Below are positions 15,623 through 23,091 of a DNA stretch of 24,000 nucleotides, one piece after another. The notes beneath the pieces were generated by a model. The model searched no databases. It saw only the letters and a list, made by a program, of their open reading frames with translations, and was not told the DNA's origin. The DNA is from Puniceicoccaceae bacterium (GTDB lineage: Bacteria > Verrucomicrobiota > Verrucomicrobiia > Opitutales > Puniceicoccaceae), in the NCBI GenBank assembly GCA_036822055.1, contig DAISIK010000001.1, positions 66,989-90,988 on the forward strand, read 5' to 3'. Numbering within the stretch: position 1 is the stretch's first letter; every line of letters starts with the position of its first letter. Both the position numbers and the translations under genes were made by a program.

Positions 15623-16540
15623 TCACCGAGACTCTTCAAGAGCCCTCAGCGTGATCATCCAGTCCTTCCCGTAGCTGATCCCAAACACCTCCGCGAAGCT
15701 CTCCATGTTGAGAGCCAGACTTACCTTGAGCAGGCTGTTCAGGTATAAAAGAGGTTCTCCTTCTGGCACATCTCCAAAGGTTGCCACGTATGGAACCTCC
15801 CCTGCGTAACGTTTCTCATCCTTAAAATGGATCTCAACCTGCAAGCGACCGCCCCGGTCAACACCGAGCTGCTCCAAAAGGTTCCCCTCAATATTGGTCC
15901 AGACGTTGCCATACCTCACGTCGAGGTTCATCACCGTGCCCCGGATCTCTCCCAAGGCTCCATCAAGGTGGGCCCGTTCGTGAGCCAAACTTTCAACACC
16001 CTCGAGCTGACCCCCGACATCCTCGAATCGGATCTGTCCGCTGGCCAATAAAGCTCCCGTGTAGGCATAGACATCCCTCCCGTGAAAGGTGTACGACTGC
16101 TCCGAATTTTCCCTGCGATTGACCGCCTCATCAATTTCCCGGACCTCCGCCACCCCCATCTCTTCAGCCACGAAGGTTAGCGTCCCGTTATCGGGAGTTA
16201 CAAAGAAGTGCCCCGTTTCAGTTTTCAGGACGACCGACTTTCGGTCTGTCCCAACCCCGGGATCCACCACCGAGACAAAAACTGTTCCCTCCGGCCAATA
16301 GGGAGCCGTCTGCTTCAGAACCAGAGCTGCGATCCAAATATCGTAGGGAGGAATCTCATGCGACAGATCAAAAAGGTCGATCTCTTGGGACACCCCATAA
16401 GCCACTCCCTGCATTGCCGATACAGCACCATCGCCCAGACCGAAGTCCGATTGAAAGACCAGCGCTCGCCCTTCGGCCAACGCCACCTGAATCGTCAAAG
16501 CCAGTACAGAATAGAACCTCCAATTAAGCATTTTTCCCAC
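15623..16540 (-). CDS. SAM hydroxide adenosyltransferase / SAM hydrolase family (DUF62, PF01887) with N-terminal signal peptide
   Basis: 305 aa from GTG 16540. The ATG at 16531 (MLNWRF...) is the more likely start. Family motifs: FQSDFGLGDG, VSVVDPGVGTDRK, TPDNGTL, YTFHGRDVYAYTGA, YGNVWTNI. The Asp/Arg/His residues of the hydrolase-type triad appear to be present. Confidence 0.85.
   Translation of the reverse strand: MGKMLNWRFYSVLALTIQVALAEGRALVFQSDFGLGDGAVSAMQGVAYGVSQEIDLFDLSHEIPPYDIWIAALVLKQTAPYWPEGTVFVSVVDPGVGTDRKSVVLKTETGHFFVTPDNGTLTFVAEEMGVAEVREIDEAVNRRENSEQSYTFHGRDVYAYTGALLASGQIRFEDVGGQLEGVESLAHERAHLDGALGEIRGTVMNLDVRYGNVWTNIEGNLLEQLGVDRGGRLQVEIHFKDEKRYAGEVPYVATFGDVPEGEPLLYLNSLLKVSLALNMESFAEVFGISYGKDWMITLRALEESR
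16475..16540 (-). other. Putative Sec signal peptide of the DUF62 protein
   Basis: (MGK)MLNWRFYSVLALTIQVALA|EGRALVFQSDFG. It has a basic n-region, a 13-residue hydrophobic core and an A-L-A cleavage motif. The conserved domain begins only about 5 residues after the predicted cleavage site, and no standard alternative start lies downstream. Confidence 0.55.
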
Positions 16541-16559
16541 TAAAGCTTAAATCGAACCA

Positions 16560-16587
16560 ATTTTACATTTGATTCCATGCTTGAGAA
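16560..16587 (-). promoter_or_regulatory. Candidate sigma70-like promoter for the DUF62 gene (-35 TTCTCA, 16 nt spacer, -10 TAAAAT on the - strand)
   Basis: On the minus strand, TTCTCA (plus 16582-16587), a 16-nt spacer, then TAAAAT (plus 16560-16565), 20-29 nt upstream of the start codons. This lies in the most AT-rich stretch of the window, the divergent gap to the ABC gene. Confidence 0.25.
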
Positions 16588-17270
16588 CCAATGCTAAAAG
16601 AGAACCCTTGCCTTCGTTGAACACTTCATCTCCAGACTCACTCGTGCTCGATTCCCTCGCCGTTCACTACCTGAACGAGAGTCCTGCCTCGCAAAGCCAC
16701 CGTTCCGATATCTGGGGACAAACCGTCGAACTCGTTCCCCACACTTTCGCCCTCGTTGTCGCTCCTTCCGGCACTGGTAAAACCACCCTCGTCCACTGCC
16801 TTTCGGGGGTCATCACCCCGGATCAGGGGACCATTTCCCTCGGGGGAGAAATCCTCCCACCTCCGGGGTCGCCATTCTGGTCCGAACTGCGCTCTCGAAA
16901 AATTTCCACCGCATATCAGAACCTCAACCTGATTCCGGAGCTCACTGGCACCGAAAACCTGCGCCTCGCCCCCTTTCTCGACCGCGACCCGATGGCCTTT
17001 GCCGATCGCCTCGGCATCGGCAAACGCCTCCACGCCCGCGTCAATCAGCTCTCCACTGGCCAACGCCAGCGTCTCTCCCTCTGCCGCAGTCTCGCCCGCC
17101 CCTATTCACTCCTCATCCTCGACGAACCGTTCAGTCACCTCGACGATCGATCGGCCGCCCTCGCTGCTGAGCTGATCGAAGAAGAGGCTGCCTCGCGCGC
17201 GGCCATCGTCCTCTGCACGGCCCTCTCCCAACGATGTCCCCTCAGCTGGGATCAGACCCTCCACCTGTGA
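16569..17270 (+). CDS. ABC transporter ATP-binding protein (MacB/LolD/FtsE-like class)
   Basis: Walker A APSGTGKTT, Q-loop YQNLNLIPELT, signature LSTGQRQRL, Walker B LLILDEP, D-loop SHLD. The start is uncertain. 16569 is a TTG, and in-frame TTG 16617 or GTG 16644 would give a more typical N-terminus (SLVLDSLAVHY). Confidence 0.85.
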   Translation: MIPCLRTNAKREPLPSLNTSSPDSLVLDSLAVHYLNESPASQSHRSDIWGQTVELVPHTFALVVAPSGTGKTTLVHCLSGVITPDQGTISLGGEILPPPGSPFWSELRSRKISTAYQNLNLIPELTGTENLRLAPFLDRDPMAFADRLGIGKRLHARVNQLSTGQRQRLSLCRSLARPYSLLILDEPFSHLDDRSAALAAELIEEEAASRAAIVLCTALSQRCPLSWDQTLHL

Positions 17271-18496
17271 AGTCCATCCCCCGCTCCCTCCCCCTCCGGC
17301 GGCTTTTTGCCCGCTCCGGAGGTCCCATCCAAAAGCTCTTTGCCTGGCTTGGAGTCCTCTCCGGGCTCTCCATTCTCCTCGTCTCCATCCACCTCTACCT
17401 GGAATTCCTCCGCTTCACCACCGCCGGAAACGAGTGGATCAGTTCCCGATATCTGATCATTCAAAAAACCGTCACCGTCCGGGATTCCTTCTCCCAGGGA
17501 CGCGCAACCTTTAGTGAAGAAGAGATCGATCACCTCGGCAGCTTCCCTTCCGTTACCGGGATCGCCCGCTTCCGTTCCAATTCCTTTCCGGCCGGCATCC
17601 AGATCGGTGGAGGCATCTTTCCGGAATTTTTCTCCTACGTCTTCCTCGAATCTGTCCCCGATGCTTTTGTCGACGCACCGGCCAAAGGCTGGTCCTTTGA
17701 CCCTAAGAAAAACGAGATTCCCGTTCTCATCCCCAGCGAGTACCTCAACCTCTACAACTTCGGCTTTGCCCCCTCCCAGGGATTGCCCCAAATCCCCCCC
17801 TCCATGGTCCATCGGGTTCCCTTCAGTGTTCTCTTTTTTCTCGACGATCAAACCCTCCGCTTCTCCGGCCGGATCGTCGGCTTCAGTGATCGAATCAATA
17901 GTATCCTTGTTCCTGATACTTTTCTCGAGTCGATCAATCTTCGCGCCTCCCCCGGAAGCCCCCCTTCTCCCCCCGCACGCCTCCTCCTCGAAGTCGCCGA
18001 CAGCCCCGACCCCGACCTCCTCACCCTTCTCGAATCACCCGGTTACAGCCTCAACCGGGAGGCCCTTTCCGGGGGTCAGATTCGCCGCCTCGCCCACCGG
18101 GTTGCCTTCGCCCTTCTCTCCCTCGGCAGTGGGGTCGTTGTCCTCGGGGTACTCGTCGTTCTCCTCGCCCTCGAACGACAGCTGGAACAATCCCGGTCAC
18201 GCATTCACACGGTTTTCCTTCTCGGCCATCATCCCCGTCATTTGATTGCTTTTTTCCAACGTCGTCTCGCCCTCTTTGTCCTCGGCGCCGTCCTCTTCGC
18301 CTACATCATCCACCGCTACACGGGCCGCCAGCTTGAGGAGGTCTTCAACCGCACTGGTGAGTTTTCCGGCTTTCTCGCCACCCGCCCGGAAATTGACCTG
18401 CTTGCTGCAGGCTCCGCAATCACACTTCTCCTGTGGACAGCCATCCGTATCCGCCTTAGCATCTGGTCTTTCTTCCGCAATACCCTTCCTTCATGA
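17234..18496 (+). CDS. FtsX/MacB-like ABC transporter permease (4 TM with a large periplasmic domain)
   Basis: 420 aa. TM1 is LFAWLGVLSGLSILLVSIHLYL, followed by a hydrophilic domain of about 230 aa, then three C-terminal TM segments (VAFALLSLGSGVVVLGVLVVLLAL, LALFVLGAVLFAYII, LLAAGSAITLLLWTAI). The start is ATG 17234 (37-nt overlap) or GTG 17267 (GTGA overlap with the ATPase stop). Confidence 0.65.
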   Translation: MSPQLGSDPPPVKSIPRSLPLRRLFARSGGPIQKLFAWLGVLSGLSILLVSIHLYLEFLRFTTAGNEWISSRYLIIQKTVTVRDSFSQGRATFSEEEIDHLGSFPSVTGIARFRSNSFPAGIQIGGGIFPEFFSYVFLESVPDAFVDAPAKGWSFDPKKNEIPVLIPSEYLNLYNFGFAPSQGLPQIPPSMVHRVPFSVLFFLDDQTLRFSGRIVGFSDRINSILVPDTFLESINLRASPGSPPSPPARLLLEVADSPDPDLLTLLESPGYSLNREALSGGQIRRLAHRVAFALLSLGSGVVVLGVLVVLLALERQLEQSRSRIHTVFLLGHHPRHLIAFFQRRLALFVLGAVLFAYIIHRYTGRQLEEVFNRTGEFSGFLATRPEIDLLAAGSAITLLLWTAIRIRLSIWSFFRNTLPS

Positions 18497-19251
18497 GCCG
18501 CCCTCCTCTTCTCCTCGGAGTCAATATCGACCACAGCGCCACCCTCCGTCAGGCCCGCTACCGGGAGGAGGCCACCAGCTGCGGAAGGTACATCGAGCCC
18601 GATCCGCTTGCCATCGCCCTCGCCGCCGAGGCCGCCGGCGCCGACGGCATCACCGTTCACCTGCGCGAGGATCGGCGCCATATCGTCGACCGGGACATCG
18701 CCCGCATCAGGGAGTCCATCGCCACCCGCATGAACCTCGAAATGGCCTGTACCGAGGAAATGACCAACATTGCCATCCAGACCCGTCCAGACAGCGCCTG
18801 CCTCGTTCCGGAAAACCGGGCCGAGGTAACCACCGAGGGTGGACTCGACTGCGTTCAGCAATTCGCCCGTGTCTCCCAAACCACCAAGGCGCTTCAGGAC
18901 TCCGGCATCGCGGTCAGCTTGTTCATTGATCCCGATCTGGATCAAATCGCCGCTGCAGTTTCCCTCGGCGCCTCCATGGTTGAGTTTCACACCGGCTCCT
19001 ACGCCCATGCCTGGTTCGACCCCACAGAGCGTCGCTCCGAGCTTCAGCGCCTCCGTCAGGCTTGCTCAGCAGCTGCCGCTCAGGGACTCGTCGTCAATGC
19101 AGGGCACGGAATCAACTACATCAATATTGGGGAAATCCTCGAACTCCCCCACCTCCATGAACTCAATATCGGTCACGCCATCATCAGCCGGGCTCTCCTC
19201 ACTGGCATCGGGGAGGCCGTGCGCGAGATGAAACACAGGATGAACCGTTGA
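18493..19251 (+). CDS. pdxJ: Pyridoxine 5'-phosphate synthase PdxJ
   Basis: 252 aa. LLGVNIDHSATLRQAR, GITVHLREDRRHI, RMNLEMA, CLVPENRAEVTTEGGLD, VNAGHG, HELNIGHAII. ATGA overlap with the permease stop. Confidence 0.95.
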   Translation: MSRPPLLLGVNIDHSATLRQARYREEATSCGRYIEPDPLAIALAAEAAGADGITVHLREDRRHIVDRDIARIRESIATRMNLEMACTEEMTNIAIQTRPDSACLVPENRAEVTTEGGLDCVQQFARVSQTTKALQDSGIAVSLFIDPDLDQIAAAVSLGASMVEFHTGSYAHAWFDPTERRSELQRLRQACSAAAAQGLVVNAGHGINYINIGEILELPHLHELNIGHAIISRALLTGIGEAVREMKHRMNR

Positions 19252-19652
19252 ATCTGCCGCCCTCGCTCCCGCCCCACGTTCCTGGCATCGGGCTCGATCT
19301 GATCGAGATCTCCAGAATCCAATCCGCCCATCGGCGCCATGGTGAAGCCTTTCTCCATCGCATCTTCACCGAGGAAGAGATCGCCTACTGCCTCGCCATC
19401 CGCAATCCCTACCCATCCCTGGCTGCCCGTTTCGCTGCCAAGGAGGCCATTGCCAAAGCCCTCGGAACCGGGATCTCCAGCCGCTTCGGGTGGAAATCCG
19501 CCTCCGTTCACCACCATCCTGGAGGCGCTCCCGGCGTCCGCCTGGACCATGCCACTACCCAGCTCCTGGCCTCCCTAAACGCTCGCTCGGTTCGTCTCTC
19601 CCTCACCCATACCAGCACTACCGCGTCCGCCGTGGCCATCCTTCAGCAATAG
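19248..19652 (+). CDS. acpS: Holo-[acyl-carrier-protein] synthase AcpS
   Basis: 134 aa with a TTG start forming a TTGA overlap with the pdxJ stop. GIGLDLIEISRI, IFTEEEIAYC, ARFAAKEAIAKALGTG. pdxJ-acpS adjacency is a well-known conserved pair. Confidence 0.9.
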   Translation: MNLPPSLPPHVPGIGLDLIEISRIQSAHRRHGEAFLHRIFTEEEIAYCLAIRNPYPSLAARFAAKEAIAKALGTGISSRFGWKSASVHHHPGGAPGVRLDHATTQLLASLNARSVRLSLTHTSTTASAVAILQQ

Positions 19653-19758
19653 GAACCTGCCCTTCCAGGCTACCCGCAGAGTTCTCAACCCATCCCGGGA
19701 CTTTCGCAGCTATCATTTCCATTTGGCTTCCTCGTCGCTCCATCTACATTTGACATTC

Positions 19759-20946
19759 ATGCCGGAAAACGATCCTCCCACCCTCTCCACTTCAGTGCCC
19801 CCCTCCGCTGACTTTTCCACCCGTGCAGTTCATCAGGGTGCCTTCATCGACACCATCTACGGCTCCGTTGTCCCACCGATCTACACCAGCTCTACCTTTC
19901 GGTGGAACGACCCGCTCGAAGTCCCGGAAATCGACTACGCCCGCTGCAAAAACCCCACCCGTCATGCCCTTCAGGAACTCCTCGCCTCTCTCGAAGGAGG
20001 CCAGGCGGCCATCGCCACGAATAGTGGAATGAGTGCCATCCATACCGTCCTCCTTCTACTCAGTGCTTCCGATCACGTGGTTTGCGGTTTTGATGCCTAT
20101 GCTGGCACTTATCGGCTCTTCACTTCTGTCCTCTCCCGCCTCGGAATCGAGTTTACCTTCGTCGACATGGCCGACCCCGCCGAGGTCCAGGCCGCCATCA
20201 CCGACCGCACCCGCCTTGTCTGGGTCGAAACCCCGAGCAACCCCCTCATGCAGCTCACCAATATTGCCGCCATCGCCGAGCTGACAAGCGCCCTTCCCGA
20301 CTGCCTCCTCGCCGTCGACAATACCTTTCTCAGCTCGGCTTTCCAAAGACCGCTCGAACTGGGTGCTGACCTCGTCGTTCACGCCACCACCAAATACCTG
20401 AGCGGGCACAGCGATGTCATTGGTGGTGCCGTGGTAGCCCGCCAGTCCGAGGTCGGTTCCCGCCTCCAGTCGCTCGTTACCGCCATCGGTAGCGGCCAAT
20501 CTGCTTTTGATGCCTACCTCGTTCAACGCGGTATCCGCTCCCTCGTCCCGAGAATGCAGCACCACCAGACCAACGCCCTCGCCCTCGCTACCTGGCTCGA
20601 ATCCCATCCTTCAGTATCCCGGGTTTTCTACCCCGGACTACCTTCTCATCCTCAGTTCCAACTTGCCCAAAAGCAGCAGAGTGGTCCAGGCGGTATGCTC
20701 AGCTTTATCGTCGACCCTTCCCGCACTGATGCCTGCGAGGTCGCTCGTCGCGTCCGGGTTTTCCAACTCGCCGTCAGCCTCGGCGGCACCGAATCCCTTC
20801 TCGAAATCCCCTGGCACATGAGTCACCATTCCCTCAGCGAGGATGAGCGCACCTCCATGGGATTGAGCCCCCAACTCATCCGCCTCTCCCCGGGACTGGA
20901 ATCGACCAACGATCTCATTCAAGACCTCCAGCAAGCCTTAAACTAA
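19759..20946 (+). CDS. Cys/Met-metabolism PLP-dependent enzyme (cystathionine gamma-synthase / beta-lyase / gamma-lyase family)
   Basis: The track ORF starts at TTG 19723. The first ATG is 19759 (MPENDPP...). Motifs: YARCKNPTR, SGMSAI, VWVETPSNPL, DNTF, and the PLP-lysine motif ATTKYLSGHSDVIGG. Exact specificity cannot be assigned by eye. Confidence 0.9.
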   Translation: MPENDPPTLSTSVPPSADFSTRAVHQGAFIDTIYGSVVPPIYTSSTFRWNDPLEVPEIDYARCKNPTRHALQELLASLEGGQAAIATNSGMSAIHTVLLLLSASDHVVCGFDAYAGTYRLFTSVLSRLGIEFTFVDMADPAEVQAAITDRTRLVWVETPSNPLMQLTNIAAIAELTSALPDCLLAVDNTFLSSAFQRPLELGADLVVHATTKYLSGHSDVIGGAVVARQSEVGSRLQSLVTAIGSGQSAFDAYLVQRGIRSLVPRMQHHQTNALALATWLESHPSVSRVFYPGLPSHPQFQLAQKQQSGPGGMLSFIVDPSRTDACEVARRVRVFQLAVSLGGTESLLEIPWHMSHHSLSEDERTSMGLSPQLIRLSPGLESTNDLIQDLQQALN

Positions 20947-21113
20947 ATCCACCCAACGCCAATCGGGGCTGTGCCGTATCCACTAAACAAATACGCTTTG
21001 AACACCTACCTCTACTCCGCGGACTCCGCCCCCCAGGCCCTGCTCCCTAATGCCTTGACCCCTGCTTACCTTTTACACCAATTTAAATAGGTCCCCCCCG
21101 AAACCCCATTTTT

Positions 21114-22178
21114 ATGCAAGAGCCCGAGCCTCACGACCCCTCCACCGCCCCCTCCATCGCTGATAGCGATTTCGAAATTCAGCTCACCGAGGAGCATGTG
21201 GAGAACTGCCGCCAAGCCTATCAAGCGGTACAATATGAATTGTCCAAAGTCATTGTCGGTCAAACCAAGGTCGTTGAGGAGATCCTCATCGCCATCTTCA
21301 CCCGCAACCACGCCCTTCTCGTAGGAGTACCGGGTCTCGCCAAAACCCTCCTCATCTCCACCCTCGCCAAAACCCTCGATATGCGCTTCCGCAGGATCCA
21401 GTTTACCCCGGACCTTATGCCGAGCGACATCACCGGAACCGATGTTATCCAGCAGGATCAACGAACCGGAAACCGCGAGTTCAAGTTCATTCATGGACCC
21501 CTCTTTTCGAATATTGTTCTGGCGGATGAGATCAATCGGACGCCCCCGAAAACTCAGGCCGCTCTCCTCGAGGCCATGCAGGAGCGCTCCGTCACCATCG
21601 GCGGAGAAACCCGGCCACTTCCCAAACCCTTTTTTGTTCTCGCCACTCAAAATCCCCTTGAACAAGAGGGCACTTATCCGATGCCCGAAGCTCAGCTCGA
21701 TCGCTTTCTCTTCCTCATCAAAGTAGGCTACCCGACTGCCGACGAAGAATTCGAAATTATGAGGCGGGCCACCAGTTCCGGAGGCGAAAAACCCCACCCC
21801 ATCCTCGATGCCGAGTCAGTCATCATTTACCAGCAACTGATCGGCATGCTTCCCGTGGCCGACGATGTTTACCACTACGCCAAGCGGCTCGTTCGCTCCA
21901 CCCGCGGTGGAGAACCCGATGGGCTCGATCTTGCCCGTGAGTACCTCAGCTTCGGCGCCGGACCCCGAGCCAGCCTCTCTCTAATCACCGCCGCCCGCGC
22001 CCACGCCATTTTCAACGGTCAACTTTGCGTCGAGGCCGCAAACATTGCCGCAGTCGCTCCCTCCGTCCTTCGCCATCGCATAGCCCCCAACTTCGCTGCT
22101 CAGGGCGAGGGCCTAACCAGCGATGACTTGATTGAGCGATTTCTTGCCGAGATCCCACCCCACGGAAACGAGTACTAA
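21114..22178 (+). CDS. MoxR-family AAA+ ATPase
   Basis: 354 aa. VIVGQTKVVEEILIAIFTRNHALLVGVPGLAKT (Walker A), FSNIVLADEINRTPPKTQAALLEAMQE (Walker B), ATQNPLEQEGTYPMPEAQLDRF. Confidence 0.93.
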   Translation: MQEPEPHDPSTAPSIADSDFEIQLTEEHVENCRQAYQAVQYELSKVIVGQTKVVEEILIAIFTRNHALLVGVPGLAKTLLISTLAKTLDMRFRRIQFTPDLMPSDITGTDVIQQDQRTGNREFKFIHGPLFSNIVLADEINRTPPKTQAALLEAMQERSVTIGGETRPLPKPFFVLATQNPLEQEGTYPMPEAQLDRFLFLIKVGYPTADEEFEIMRRATSSGGEKPHPILDAESVIIYQQLIGMLPVADDVYHYAKRLVRSTRGGEPDGLDLAREYLSFGAGPRASLSLITAARAHAIFNGQLCVEAANIAAVAPSVLRHRIAPNFAAQGEGLTSDDLIERFLAEIPPHGNEY

Positions 22179-22184
22179 ATCGCA

Positions 22185-23087
22185 ATGGCAGACCCCCGCT
22201 CCCCTTCCCGGCTGGTCGATGCGGACATCCTCTCCCGCGCTCGTCACCTCGGTCTCGAAGCGAAGCGGGTCGTCGAGGGCTACCGCGTCGGGGAACACCG
22301 GTCCCCCGCTCACGGCTTCGCCATCGAGTTTGCCCAACACCGGGAATACTCTCCCGGCGACGATACCCGCCACCTCGATTGGAAGCTCCTCGCCAAGTCG
22401 GAGAAACTCTTCATCAAGCAGTACGAGCAAGACACCAATTTTGTCGCCCACCTGCTCGTTGATGGCAGCGAATCGATGGCCTACGGAAGCGGTTTGCTAA
22501 CCAAATTTGAGGCGTCGCGCATCCTCGCTGCCAGCATCTGCGAACTTGTCTTTCTCCAGGGCGACGCCGTTGCCCTTACCCTCTTCGACGACCATCTCCG
22601 CGAGCAAATCACCCGTACCGACTCCCGGCAAAACCTCCTCAATATTTGCAAAGTCCTTGCCGAGTTCGTCCCCCAACGAACCACCGACCTCACCGCCTCC
22701 CTCAGCGCCTATTCCCCCCATCTCCACCGCCGCGGCATCGTCATCCTCCTCTCCGATCTCCTCGTCGATCCCGATGTCTTTCTCCAAGCACTCCGCCGCC
22801 TCGCCATGAGGGGAAGCGAGGTCATTGTTTTTCAAGTTCTTGATCCCGCTGAAATTCATTTTCACATCAACGGGAACTTTCGCTTCCTCGGGCTAGAGGC
22901 CTCCGGTAACCGTTCCATCAATACCCGCGACCTTCGCAAGGATTACCTCGCTGCATTCTCAAAACACCTCCGGGCCATCCGCCGGGCTTGTGAAACTTGT
23001 TCCGCCACCCACCACCTGGTCGATATCGGCCTCCCCCTTTCCGAGTCTCTCGCCACCTACCTGGCCTCCCGGCGTCGGATCCTTTAA
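22185..23087 (+). CDS. DUF58 domain protein (VWA-like, MoxR partner)
   Basis: 300 aa. GEHRSPAHGFAIEFAQHREYSPGDDTRHLDWK is the DUF58 signature. LLVDGSESM is MIDAS-like. Lies 6 nt after the MoxR stop. Confidence 0.9.
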   Translation: MADPRSPSRLVDADILSRARHLGLEAKRVVEGYRVGEHRSPAHGFAIEFAQHREYSPGDDTRHLDWKLLAKSEKLFIKQYEQDTNFVAHLLVDGSESMAYGSGLLTKFEASRILAASICELVFLQGDAVALTLFDDHLREQITRTDSRQNLLNICKVLAEFVPQRTTDLTASLSAYSPHLHRRGIVILLSDLLVDPDVFLQALRRLAMRGSEVIVFQVLDPAEIHFHINGNFRFLGLEASGNRSINTRDLRKDYLAAFSKHLRAIRRACETCSATHHLVDIGLPLSESLATYLASRRRIL

Positions 23088-23091
23088 ACCC

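Noticed and set aside
19653-19758. Possible SAM or other riboswitch in the 106-nt leader of the Cys/Met PLP-enzyme gene.
   Set aside because: I could not find the conserved cores of SAM-I or SAM-II, or a convincing multi-stem structure by eye. A covariance-model scan (Infernal/Rfam) would be needed to decide this.
21055-21089. TTGACC and TAAATA upstream of the MoxR gene, considered as a promoter.
   Set aside because: The spacer is 23 nt, outside the 16-19 nt range for sigma70-type promoters, and no better-spaced partner hexamers were seen.
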